Sequence record: NC_041916.1 | Length of the DNA: 64,000 nucleotides | Reading direction: 5' to 3' (one strand) | Part shown: one piece after another, positions 47,344 to 56,053 of the stretch | Layout of the letters: the number at the start of each line of letters is the position of its first letter | Numbering within the stretch: the first letter of the stretch is position 1 | The notes under the pieces: model-generated | Databases searched by the model: none | Told to the model about the DNA's origin: nothing | Seen by the model: only the letters and a program-made list of their open reading frames with translations | Made by a program: the position numbers and the translations under genes

Positions 47344-49113
47344 ATGAGGAAGGCTGAAATGGATTATAGTTATACGCCGCCTTCGAGCGAATCTCCTGTT
47401 AAAGGAAAGGTGTGTAAACACGCTGTCTACGTTCCTTCAAAACGAGACAAGCTTAAAGATATGACGTTCATCAAACAAACAACCATCCATGAAAGTGGTG
47501 AACGCACTAATCAGTTTTTGAAAGTGGCGGATTACGTACGTTCATTTTACATCGTTCGTGAAAAATTCCGTAAGTTCGACCAGAAAAAAGATTACATCGA
47601 CAAACGTTTAGTGAAAGAGTATAAGTCAACACAAGCTCGTTTAGCAATGAACATTAAACGTGTCTTACACGGTATTAATGATCGTAACGCCGACTTAATG
47701 ATGTTGAAGAACAACCCGTATGTCTTTGGTTGTGAAACTCCAGTCCCGGTGTTGATCAAACACAAATACTTTGAACGTTATGAAGAGTTCCAAGAAACCG
47801 AACCATCCACACTAGCAGCATACGACGTGGAGACCGATATGGTCAACGGTAACGGTGAAGATGTCATCATGGCTTCCACTACGATGAAAGAGAAAATCTT
47901 TTTCTCTGTGGTTCGTAGTTTCTTTGATGGGATGTCTGACGAAGATATCTTAAAGGGATTAAAAGAATCGGAAGAAGCATTGATTGGTGAGCGTCTTAAG
48001 CGACGTAATGCTACAGTCCACTATAACTTAGTAGACACACAAACGGAATGTGTTGAGAACAACATTAAAGTTTGGCATATGTGGGAACCAGACTTCATCT
48101 CATCGTGGAACGCTTCGTACGATATGCAGCGTAACGAACACGCTTTGATCTTGGGTAACCGTGATTTAGAAGAAGTTTACTCAGACCCTAGCATTCCTCA
48201 AGAATTCCGTTACTACAAATACGACAAAGGTCGTACTCACAAACGTAAAGAGAATGGTGACTCCCAACCCTTAGAATGGCAAGAACAATACCCGACTGTT
48301 CGAGCTGCGGCTAAATGGCAATGGTTGGATGGTGCGAGTTTCTATGCGATTAAGAACGCTCCTAAAGGTAAGAAAGAATCTTACTCACTGGAATACACCG
48401 CACAAGACAACGGCATCGAGGGTAAGCTTTACACGGATAAAGGCGCACACTTAACACAAGGTAAAGGTGCTTGGCATAGATGGATGCAGAAACACGCTAA
48501 GTTCGAATACTGTATGTACAACATTTCAGATAACTTGGTTATCGAAGAAATGGATGAGAAAACCAACGACGTTGCACTGAACTTACCGCTCCTATTGAAA
48601 TCGACTGAGTTCTTTGATTACCCATCTCAACCGAAGTGTATTTCTAACGAACTATCTTTCATTGCCGCAGAACATGGTTACATCTGGGGTACGAAAGGTC
48701 GTGGTGGTAAAGATGAGTTGGATAAACACAAACCGACTCTGGGTGATTGGATTGCTTTATTAGAGACTGAGAAAAACGCAGACAACGGTAAAGCGATATT
48801 CATAGGGATGCCACACATACGTTCTAGAGGTCGAGGTCTTACCGATGACGTAGACGTAGAGGGTGCATACCCAACAGCCACAGTAGCGCTTAACGTTTCG
48901 AATAAGACAACCCGTATTGAAGCATGTGCGATACAAGGATTGAATCCATTAGAGTTCCGTGAAGTAGGTGTTAACTACGCTTCATCACCGAAAGCTAATG
49001 CGGTTAGTCTATGTAAAACTCTGCACCGATTCCCGGGCTTTGAAGAAATGGACGAAGTGTTCCCTGAACTGTTTGAACAAGAGTTTGGAACCCCACTTCC
49101 TATGGCAGCTTAA
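47344..49113 (+). CDS. Split family B DNA polymerase, N-terminal part: 3'-5' exonuclease plus motif A (gp82-like)
   Basis: Exo I AYDVETD, Exo II WNASYD, Exo III YNISD, polymerase motif A DVEGAYPT; true start probably ATG 47359. Confidence 0.85.
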   Translation: MRKAEMDYSYTPPSSESPVKGKVCKHAVYVPSKRDKLKDMTFIKQTTIHESGERTNQFLKVADYVRSFYIVREKFRKFDQKKDYIDKRLVKEYKSTQARLAMNIKRVLHGINDRNADLMMLKNNPYVFGCETPVPVLIKHKYFERYEEFQETEPSTLAAYDVETDMVNGNGEDVIMASTTMKEKIFFSVVRSFFDGMSDEDILKGLKESEEALIGERLKRRNATVHYNLVDTQTECVENNIKVWHMWEPDFISSWNASYDMQRNEHALILGNRDLEEVYSDPSIPQEFRYYKYDKGRTHKRKENGDSQPLEWQEQYPTVRAAAKWQWLDGASFYAIKNAPKGKKESYSLEYTAQDNGIEGKLYTDKGAHLTQGKGAWHRWMQKHAKFEYCMYNISDNLVIEEMDEKTNDVALNLPLLLKSTEFFDYPSQPKCISNELSFIAAEHGYIWGTKGRGGKDELDKHKPTLGDWIALLETEKNADNGKAIFIGMPHIRSRGRGLTDDVDVEGAYPTATVALNVSNKTTRIEACAIQGLNPLEFREVGVNYASSPKANAVSLCKTLHRFPGFEEMDEVFPELFEQEFGTPLPMAA

Positions 49114-49133
49114 ACAAAAAAATAAAGAAGAGT

Positions 49134-49167
49134 TAACTACCTACCTCCTTGCGGAGGTAGGTAGTTA
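49134..49167. terminator. Bidirectional terminator
   Basis: 15-bp perfect stem TAACTACCTACCTCC-TTGC-GGAGGTAGGTAGTTA. Confidence 0.9.
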
Positions 49168-49174
49168 TTATTGA

Positions 49175-49525
49175 TTAATCGTCTTCTGGTTCTAGACCTG
49201 TCAACTCAGTGATCATTTCATTGATCTCTTCAGTTGTAGATTCTTCTTCTGTGCTGTCGCCACTGAATATTGCATTAGCAACAACTTTGATTAGAGCTGA
49301 AGCGATTGTACCGCCTGCTACCATGCTTGCGCCGTGGATAGCCATTGCTTTAGCATCGTAATCGAAATCTTCAGGTACTTCTGTGACAGCGATTTGTGCA
49401 GCACCAATAACACCGTGGTAAGCTGCGATGCCTTTAGAGTCGAAGATTGTAGCTGCTACTGTAGCGTTTACTGCTGTTGCTGCTGCTGTTACTAGACGTG
49501 CTTTAGTTGTTTTTGACATTTCCAT
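49175..49525 (-). CDS. Small Ala-rich putative membrane protein with acidic tail
   Basis: AAGGAA SD, three hydrophobic segments, own promoter and terminator. Confidence 0.8.
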   Translation of the reverse strand: MEMSKTTKARLVTAAATAVNATVAATIFDSKGIAAYHGVIGAAQIAVTEVPEDFDYDAKAMAIHGASMVAGGTIASALIKVVANAIFSGDSTEEESTTEEINEMITELTGLEPEDD

Positions 49526-49584
49526 GATATATTCCTTAATAAGGTTAGATAGATTAATGTATATGCTTATGCTTATACACCTAG

Positions 49585-49601
49585 ACTATATAGACTTGAA
49601 A
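49585..49601 (-). promoter_or_regulatory. Early promoter candidate TTTCAAGTCTATATAGT
   Basis: Variant of the motif at 7.0, 20.3 and 62.9 kb. Confidence 0.65.
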
Positions 49602-49628
49602 TAAACTGTATGTCAATTTTTAACGTTA

Positions 49629-49663
49629 TATAACTCCTACCCCGAAAAGGGGTAGGAGTTATA
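49629..49663. terminator. Terminator palindrome
   Basis: 15-bp perfect stem TATAACTCCTACCCC-GAAAA-GGGGTAGGAGTTATA. Confidence 0.9.
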
Positions 49664-49678
49664 GTTTGAAATAAAGGT

Positions 49679-50236
49679 TTAGCTGTACATCTTAGAGAAG
49701 TAGTTTTGTAGGTTTTGAGCTACACGTGGGTGGTAACCTTTAGTCAACATCACGATGTCTACTTGACGACCCACACGTTGACGGTCACGAAGGTTACGAC
49801 CAAGTGTTACTACCGCAGACAACAACGCAATGTGTTTTTGAACGTACGCATCTGTCTTCGCTTTCTTCACATCTGGATGTTGTGTGTAGATGAACAGACG
49901 TTCCATACGGAAAGCTTTACGATCAACACGAACACGGTTAACAAGGTTATCCATAACAGACGCGAACTCTGGGTAATCCAGTTTAAGTGTTTCGTCCAAC
50001 GCACCCATGAACAGCAACTGTTCTTTGCCGTAGTTTTCGCTTGGCACGTTACGACGCTCAGATAGCAGATCAACAAAGTTATCAATCTTGTCCGTTAACA
50101 TCTCTGTTACGGTGCCGTCTTTTACTGTGTAGTTTTCTGCTACGTTCGCTTTCACTTCTTCAGATACCGCTTTGGTTTCTTCCGGCGCTACTTCTTCAAA
50201 CGTTTGTGTTGACTTAGGTGGTGTGTACTTACCCAT
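49679..50236 (-). CDS. Conserved probable virion protein (185 aa, MGKYTPP...)
   Basis: Start moved to ATG 50236 (GAGGA SD), downstream of ATTCTATGT late motif. Confidence 0.7.
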   Translation of the reverse strand: MGKYTPPKSTQTFEEVAPEETKAVSEEVKANVAENYTVKDGTVTEMLTDKIDNFVDLLSERRNVPSENYGKEQLLFMGALDETLKLDYPEFASVMDNLVNRVRVDRKAFRMERLFIYTQHPDVKKAKTDAYVQKHIALLSAVVTLGRNLRDRQRVGRQVDIVMLTKGYHPRVAQNLQNYFSKMYS

Positions 50237-50285
50237 CTTAATATCCTCTATAAGGGTTGGTGAACAAACATAGAATCGTAAAAAA

Positions 50286-50311
50286 GACACCTGCCCGTTA
50301 AGGCAGATGTC
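50286..50311 (-). terminator. Intrinsic terminator
   Basis: GACATCTGCC-TTAACG-GGCAGGTGTC then TTTTTT on minus strand. Confidence 0.8.
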
Positions 50312-50314
50312 GGT

Positions 50315-50764
50315 TTAGTTTGACCCGCTGGATAGATCGAATTGTTTAAACAATTCGAGTTGCTTATCGAGTTCCCTCGTCCCACTGTTATTCGCAGTTT
50401 TGTTGGCAAGTTCTTCTCGACGACTGGCTAACGCTTTAGCGCCTTCTCGCACACCTCTGGAGATCTGGTCAAGTTGTTTGGGGGTGAACTTTAAGTAAGT
50501 ATTAATGTCCCCAAATATCTCTTCCAATTCATAGAACGCAAACTCGTAAGCTCGCTGTTTTAGAGACCAAGGGTGTTCGTAATCGTAAGTTTCTTCATGG
50601 TATTGAATGTCGTCACCGGGTGAAGGGACGGTGGATTCAATTTGACCGTAACCAGCACGATACAACATGACCGCAATGGTTTGGTGTTGTACTTCTCCAA
50701 TCCCATCGGGGTCAAGGTTGTTTATCATCTTACGAAACTGATGGTAGCGATTGCCAGTCAGCAC
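50315..50764 (-). CDS. Conserved protein; probable C-terminal extension reached by -1 frameshift (GT-like)
   Basis: Weak GTG start; frame is -1 relative to upstream gene and open back to 50905. Confidence 0.6.
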   Translation of the reverse strand: MLTGNRYHQFRKMINNLDPDGIGEVQHQTIAVMLYRAGYGQIESTVPSPGDDIQYHEETYDYEHPWSLKQRAYEFAFYELEEIFGDINTYLKFTPKQLDQISRGVREGAKALASRREELANKTANNSGTRELDKQLELFKQFDLSSGSN

Positions 50765-50772
50765 ACCACCGT

Positions 50773-52419
50773 TTAATGGGTGGTTTGATCGATGATAGCT
50801 CGATTGATTGCTCGTTCTGCTAGCGCTTGGCGGGTCTGGACGAAAAAACTCATGAACGGGTCGATTGGTGTGATACCCAATGTCGTATGACCACCGTGGG
50901 TTTCTTTACCACACTTAGGACACACCGCGTTGGACATACCTACCGCCGTCGAAGACATTTCAGGACCGTGTTCAACACACCAACGAATTACCTTAGAGGT
51001 CGCTTCATCATCTGGGTCAATAACTCCGATAATGCCGTTGTAGAACTCGATTGGGTTTTCAGCTCGTGTGAAGACAGCCGGTTCTTCATCAGAACCTTCT
51101 TCTGGTTCAATGGTCAGCTTAGAACACCAGTGCATGTATTCCAATCCACGAACGGTGTCAATCAAGTTGGTTAAACGCTTATCGAACTCATCGTCGTCCA
51201 TAACGTCTGATCGGATTTGACGGATAGCCGGACCAATGTGCTCCATGAAGATATCGAACGCTAGGAAGTATTCACTGATGCTCGGTTGCTCAAAATCAAT
51301 GCGCTGTGAATCTTCATCAAACGTGATGTGCGCTTCTTCAGTGAATTTAAATTGGCTTTGAAGCGCAAGTACTTCTTCTGCGGTGTAACGCTTAGCGAAG
51401 TTCTTTAGGTTACCTAGGGCAGCCGCTTGTTCTTCACTTAGGAGCGTCTTATCATGCCAAAGCATGGTATCCGCATCTGCACGCAATACGTCAACCCAAT
51501 CACAACCCGTTTGGTTACAGTGAACCGTCATTGGGATGCCGCCAGCCATTACTTCACCCAACAGTTCCGTAAAGAGTGCACGGAAGTCACTGAGTTTAAT
51601 AAGACGAGCTAAGTCACGAGGTTCATCCACATCTGACACTGAGTGTTGTGTGATTTTCTCTGACAAGTATTCCCAGAACACACGGTAGATGGACGCACGG
51701 ATTAACGTTAGTGAGTTACCATTAAACGTACGAACGTAACCATGGATCTCTTTGTTAATGCGATCGACCACCTGACCCAGTTCTAACATGTCAGAAGGCT
51801 CAAGACGAATTTGCACAAACGAGTCACGCAACAACACATCGTAACCGTTCGGTGTACGACTACGACGTTGGGACGCACGCATCATGCGGTTGCTCAACGC
51901 CATTGCTTCATTCTTAGCACCCGGATAACGTTTAACGATATCAGATTCGAATTTACCGTCTGCAATTTCTGACGCATTTTCCCAAGGGCGAGTTAAGTAA
52001 CTCTTGTTTCGGAAATACGACAGTTCAACGTAGTTACGATGGAACGTTAAGAAATGACCCATCATCTCTTCCAGTTCCGGCTCAGGAATCCCCGGACGCA
52101 GTTCTTCACGCAACTCATTGTAGTTGTTCATAAGACGAGTGATTTCAGATTTACTTACTTCACCGTCATGAACCGCTGCTTTGTAACGTGACCAGCTGAG
52201 CACCAAACGCATCATTGGTTCGAATTCAGCTTTAGTCGTACCTAACATATAGTTAAGTGTTGGCGACGGTTCCGTAGGTTCTGGTTCGTGTTTCACTGGT
52301 TCAGTCTGAGGCACCGACGTTTTCATCGTGGTGTTTTCAGCAGTGTGTTCCTCACGAATCTTAGGACGTGGGGTTTCAATTGGATCAGTAGGTTGCATTC
52401 TTAGCGGCCTCAAGGTCAA
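50773..52419 (-). CDS. Conserved protein (gp77-like), putative tail/baseplate-hub assembly chaperone
   Basis: CNQTGC and CPKCG zinc-type motifs, C-terminal PFMSFF as in T4 gp26/gp51-like and myophage chaperones. Confidence 0.55.
   Translation of the reverse strand: MTLRPLRMQPTDPIETPRPKIREEHTAENTTMKTSVPQTEPVKHEPEPTEPSPTLNYMLGTTKAEFEPMMRLVLSWSRYKAAVHDGEVSKSEITRLMNNYNELREELRPGIPEPELEEMMGHFLTFHRNYVELSYFRNKSYLTRPWENASEIADGKFESDIVKRYPGAKNEAMALSNRMMRASQRRSRTPNGYDVLLRDSFVQIRLEPSDMLELGQVVDRINKEIHGYVRTFNGNSLTLIRASIYRVFWEYLSEKITQHSVSDVDEPRDLARLIKLSDFRALFTELLGEVMAGGIPMTVHCNQTGCDWVDVLRADADTMLWHDKTLLSEEQAAALGNLKNFAKRYTAEEVLALQSQFKFTEEAHITFDEDSQRIDFEQPSISEYFLAFDIFMEHIGPAIRQIRSDVMDDDEFDKRLTNLIDTVRGLEYMHWCSKLTIEPEEGSDEEPAVFTRAENPIEFYNGIIGVIDPDDEATSKVIRWCVEHGPEMSSTAVGMSNAVCPKCGKETHGGHTTLGITPIDPFMSFFVQTRQALAERAINRAIIDQTTH
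50842..50848 (-). promoter_or_regulatory. Putative -1 ribosomal slippery site T TTT TTC
   Basis: ATG AGT TTT TTC GTC in frame 0; X XXY YYZ heptamer in the correct phase. Confidence 0.6.
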
Positions 52420-53149
52420 AGTGTCGTTCTACACGTTTCAAGTGAATGGCACGAGTCGCACCTTCAATTGTTTCGATTCCTTGTTCTTTAGCGTACTCAA
52501 CAACAAGGTTATCGATCAAATCAGTGTGTTGTTCTGCTACTTCCAGAATAGGCTCGATTAGAGCTTCGTGGTCTTCTTGGTAAGCAAGCAGAGTAGGGAC
52601 CAGATATTCACCGATGACGTCATCCGAATACAGTGCGGTACTGCGTTCTTCTTTATCTTCGATGAGTTTGATTTCTTCAAAGCGTTGAAGAATCATTGAA
52701 GACTTAGTAATGAATGAAATGACTTGTGCATCCAGCTTCTTGATGAGCGGACGGATTTCATCTGGGAGACAAATCGTGATGTTGTTTTCTAACCAGTCCA
52801 AGATTTCAACCAACGCGTGTGGGTGCATGTAACGGTTCAGTGTTTCACCGAACAAATTAGAAATACCTTCGAAATCGAATTCAGTAACGCCATTACTGCC
52901 CTTTTGGAAATCTTTCAGCGCATCTTCCTGTAACTGAGCAGGTAATGTACTGAACACTTTCCACATGCCAGTTTTAGACGCTGACTTCATTTCATCTGTC
53001 ATGTCCGGCATGTTTTCAAAGTTGGTGTCTAACAAGCCAGCTAGCTTAGTTTCACGTGCTTCACGCAGACGAGTACGGATTTTAGCTGCCTTTACGTTAC
53101 GTTGGCGAGCTTTACGTTTGTTCTGCTTATGTTTACTAATTTTTGACAT
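52385..53149 (-). CDS. Hypothetical protein with very basic N-terminus (gp78-like by position)
   Basis: AAGGAA SD; first 35 aa Lys/Arg-rich, remainder acidic. Confidence 0.75.
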   Translation of the reverse strand: MSKISKHKQNKRKARQRNVKAAKIRTRLREARETKLAGLLDTNFENMPDMTDEMKSASKTGMWKVFSTLPAQLQEDALKDFQKGSNGVTEFDFEGISNLFGETLNRYMHPHALVEILDWLENNITICLPDEIRPLIKKLDAQVISFITKSSMILQRFEEIKLIEDKEERSTALYSDDVIGEYLVPTLLAYQEDHEALIEPILEVAEQHTDLIDNLVVEYAKEQGIETIEGATRAIHLKRVERHFDLEAAKNATY

Positions 53150-53178
53150 TTTATGTTCCTTCTGAATGAGAGGTTTTT

Positions 53179-54078
53179 ATGAGTGATTTTTTACCCGCAA
53201 TGGATTTAACCAATGTGGAATTATTAACTAAGGATTTAGGTCAACCTTGGGTGAACTACGGAATGTGGTTAACCCCAGAGACTCGTGATCTGATTGAACG
53301 CGTTTACACTTTATTAGCGATCACTGATGAAGAGAACGTGTTGGTGTCTACCATCGCTAACATCTTAGCTGATGACGACACTACACCTTTGGAACAAAAG
53401 GCAATCATACTCGAGCTCTTGCTAAACAATATAATTGAACAGCTAGTAAAGTTTGGCATCACGGTTGATTTGGATTACGTTGAAGCAAATAAGTTAGATG
53501 TCTTGTACCGTGTAACGGACGTCATCTACTTATTAAATGGTTACGAAGATTTGCAAGGACTCAGTGAGATCTTGGAGATGCGCGACCTTCCACCTAAAGA
53601 TCGTTTCATCGAACTGTTCCGTAAGTTGTACGATTACAATTCTACCGACCCGATCATGGACGATCTAGAATACCTTATTCTAGAGTGTTCCGAATACCTA
53701 ATCGAAACGCTACGCATCAGTCTGATCGTTTCTGACGGCATTGCTGAAGTACCGGAGTTCGTAGTCAAACGTATCCGAAACAATGTGACTTTCATTAATG
53801 ACACGTTGGCTGGCAAACACGTTCGTAACAACGGGACGATCGGCATGGGATTCCTAACGCTGTTAAGTTTCTATCATTTGGAACTTGCTTCTATTATCTC
53901 TACCTCCCCTGAACGTTACGTTAAAGAGCTGTTCGGATTCTCTTTGATCAGTGAAACCCCTAATGATCGTTTCTGGGATCAAATCAAACAGGTGGTGGAA
54001 GAAAACGTGGAAGATGTCACATTACTCTACCGCGCAGAGAAAGTAGCCGAACAAATCAAACTAGAGGAGTCTAATTAA
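53179..54078 (+). CDS. Probable virion protein (gp79-like)
   Basis: 299 aa helical, GAGAGG SD, co-transcribed with vRNAP beta'-C. Confidence 0.65.
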   Translation: MSDFLPAMDLTNVELLTKDLGQPWVNYGMWLTPETRDLIERVYTLLAITDEENVLVSTIANILADDDTTPLEQKAIILELLLNNIIEQLVKFGITVDLDYVEANKLDVLYRVTDVIYLLNGYEDLQGLSEILEMRDLPPKDRFIELFRKLYDYNSTDPIMDDLEYLILECSEYLIETLRISLIVSDGIAEVPEFVVKRIRNNVTFINDTLAGKHVRNNGTIGMGFLTLLSFYHLELASIISTSPERYVKELFGFSLISETPNDRFWDQIKQVVEENVEDVTLLYRAEKVAEQIKLEESN

Positions 54079-54080
54079 TC

Positions 54081-55379
54081 ATGATGACGAAACACGAGTA
54101 TTTGCGACTGTGTTTCCGTTCTCGCTGTTATCAGAAAAAAGCTTGGCTGTTGAGTGTTTTCACCAAGCTTGCTGACACTGAGGAAACGGACCAAACGCTT
54201 CGCAAAACAATGTACGCGCTTCATCGAGATGGGGACGGGTTTTACTTCTACTATAACAACTCCGATGAAAAGACTTACGTTGAAGGTGATTTAAGTGCTC
54301 CGTTTGCTTATAAAGACGAACGCATCACGATTGACCAAGACTTTGACCCTCGTGTTAAAGAACCGTTAGAAACCACTCTAGGGATTCTTCTGGTAAACCG
54401 TTGTGTGTTCTACGAATGTTTGCAAGACCGCACACCGTATCACAACCGACAAATGGGTCCGAGTTACGTCAAAGGAGTTATTGCCAAATTAATGGTCGAT
54501 AACCCTGAAGAAGGTGAAGAACTTCCAGAAGGTAAAGCCAGCGTTGACGAGTGTTTAAAGATTACTCGTCAGTTCAACTACTTACTTGGGATGAACAACG
54601 TCTTCTGTAAAGCAGCATCAACTGCCGCTTTGACGGTTGACCCTTCTCTGTTAGAACTGAAAGCGAAGCTGTTAAAAGAAAACCCAGACGCGTTAACGGA
54701 CCCAATCAAAGCTTCTTGGATTATCGACCAACTGGTTGCCAAGGACATGGAGATTCAGTTAAGTGGTCCATCGAAAGACTTCTTCATTAACAAGAAGTTC
54801 ATCGACAACGCCCGTAAACGTATGTTTATCGCGTTCGGCGTGGAACAAGACTGGAACACAGGTGCCTTTAAGTTCTTACACAAATCGTTGGACGACGGTT
54901 GGGACCCTGAAGAACTGCATAACTACATCAACACCGCTATCGCTGGTTCTTATGACCGTGGTAAAGCAACGGGTGAAGGTGGTGCAGCGGTTAAAGATGT
55001 TCAACGTCTCACATCTCGTATTACCGTTTCTGAGGAAGACTGTAAGACCACGATGTACGAAGAAGTAATGATGACCGATGACCAAGTTGGCATGTGGGAA
55101 GGTTGTTACTACGTCAGTGGTAGTGGGGTTAAACGTTGGGAAGGTACAGAGAAACATCTGAGTGGTAAGATCATTAAGATGCGTACCCCTAACATCTGTG
55201 AAACCCCAGAAGGCAGTTTCTGTAAAGTCTGTTTGGGTGACGGTTTGGGTTCAGCTCCAGATGGTGTATCCATGGAATGTTCTAACATCCCAACCAACTT
55301 CATGCTACAACGTATGAAGGCCGCTCACACAGCTAACATGAGCGTGCGAACCTTTACATTAGAAGAACTATTCGGATAA
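54081..55379 (+). CDS. rpoC: Virion RNA polymerase beta' subunit, C-terminal part (phiKZ gp80-like)
   Basis: Bridge-helix-like KATGEGGAAVKDVQR, EEDCKT, MRTPNIC...FCKVCLG zinc site, trigger-loop-like TNFMLQRMKAAH. Confidence 0.85.
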   Translation: MMTKHEYLRLCFRSRCYQKKAWLLSVFTKLADTEETDQTLRKTMYALHRDGDGFYFYYNNSDEKTYVEGDLSAPFAYKDERITIDQDFDPRVKEPLETTLGILLVNRCVFYECLQDRTPYHNRQMGPSYVKGVIAKLMVDNPEEGEELPEGKASVDECLKITRQFNYLLGMNNVFCKAASTAALTVDPSLLELKAKLLKENPDALTDPIKASWIIDQLVAKDMEIQLSGPSKDFFINKKFIDNARKRMFIAFGVEQDWNTGAFKFLHKSLDDGWDPEELHNYINTAIAGSYDRGKATGEGGAAVKDVQRLTSRITVSEEDCKTTMYEEVMMTDDQVGMWEGCYYVSGSGVKRWEGTEKHLSGKIIKMRTPNICETPEGSFCKVCLGDGLGSAPDGVSMECSNIPTNFMLQRMKAAHTANMSVRTFTLEELFG

Positions 55380-55497
55380 CGTAAAGTCTCCTCCTGATAA
55401 CGTACAGAGCGTTTTAAGATAGCTCTTACCTATTATATGACATGATACATGTCCTTTCTGATGGGTTGTTTAATTCACTTTGAGTTAAACGTTATTA

Positions 55498-55521
55498 GGG
55501 GGATTCGTTCCCCCGATTTTT
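55498..55521 (+). terminator. Intrinsic terminator (plus strand)
   Basis: GGGGGA-TTCGT-TCCCCC then GATTTTT. Confidence 0.7.
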
Positions 55522-55544
55522 CATCAAAAAAAATAAGAATGCTT

Positions 55545-55578
55545 ATAACTCCGTACTCCTCAAGGAGTACGGAGTTAT
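55545..55578. terminator. Terminator palindrome for the minus-strand operon
   Basis: 15-bp perfect stem ATAACTCCGTACTCC-TCAA-GGAGTACGGAGTTAT. Confidence 0.9.
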
Positions 55579-55591
55579 TTATGCTTTTGGA

Positions 55592-56041
55592 TTATTCACC
55601 GATAATGAAGATGAAGCCGCCGTTCTCTGATGTTGTCCAGTTTAGATCTTTAGGCGTGGTCCAATCAATGTCAGCGATAACGTTCAGTTGATCAGAGTTA
55701 TCTTCATTGCCTAGGAAACCGTGAACGATGTCGTTAAGACGCAAGTTAAGATCTTCAACCAAGACTTCGATCATCGATTCGTGTTCTTCTTCAGTACGGT
55801 CTTCTGGACACTCACCTACAGAAGTTTCTGCGATCACTACCACTTTACCTAGGGTTTCTAGTTCGTCTGGGGATTCGTCTTCTCCTGTAGGGACATTCTC
55901 TTCACCTACCAACTCAAGACGCTTCGCCGCAGCAAGTTCTTCTAACACTAAAAGGAATAGGCTAGTTTGCACTTCACTAGAGTAGATAGAAGTTGCTTCG
56001 TTGATTGCGACAGGTGATTTAGAGATTAGATTGAATTGCAT
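55592..56041 (-). CDS. Small acidic hypothetical protein
   Basis: AAGGAA SD; Glu/Asp-rich. Confidence 0.75.
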   Translation of the reverse strand: MQFNLISKSPVAINEATSIYSSEVQTSLFLLVLEELAAAKRLELVGEENVPTGEDESPDELETLGKVVVIAETSVGECPEDRTEEEHESMIEVLVEDLNLRLNDIVHGFLGNEDNSDQLNVIADIDWTTPKDLNWTTSENGGFIFIIGE

Positions 56042-56053
56042 GATACTTGTTCC

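Noticed and set aside
55449-55691. 80-aa plus-strand ORF in the track
   Set aside because: No SD, runs through two terminators and overlaps a real minus-strand gene.
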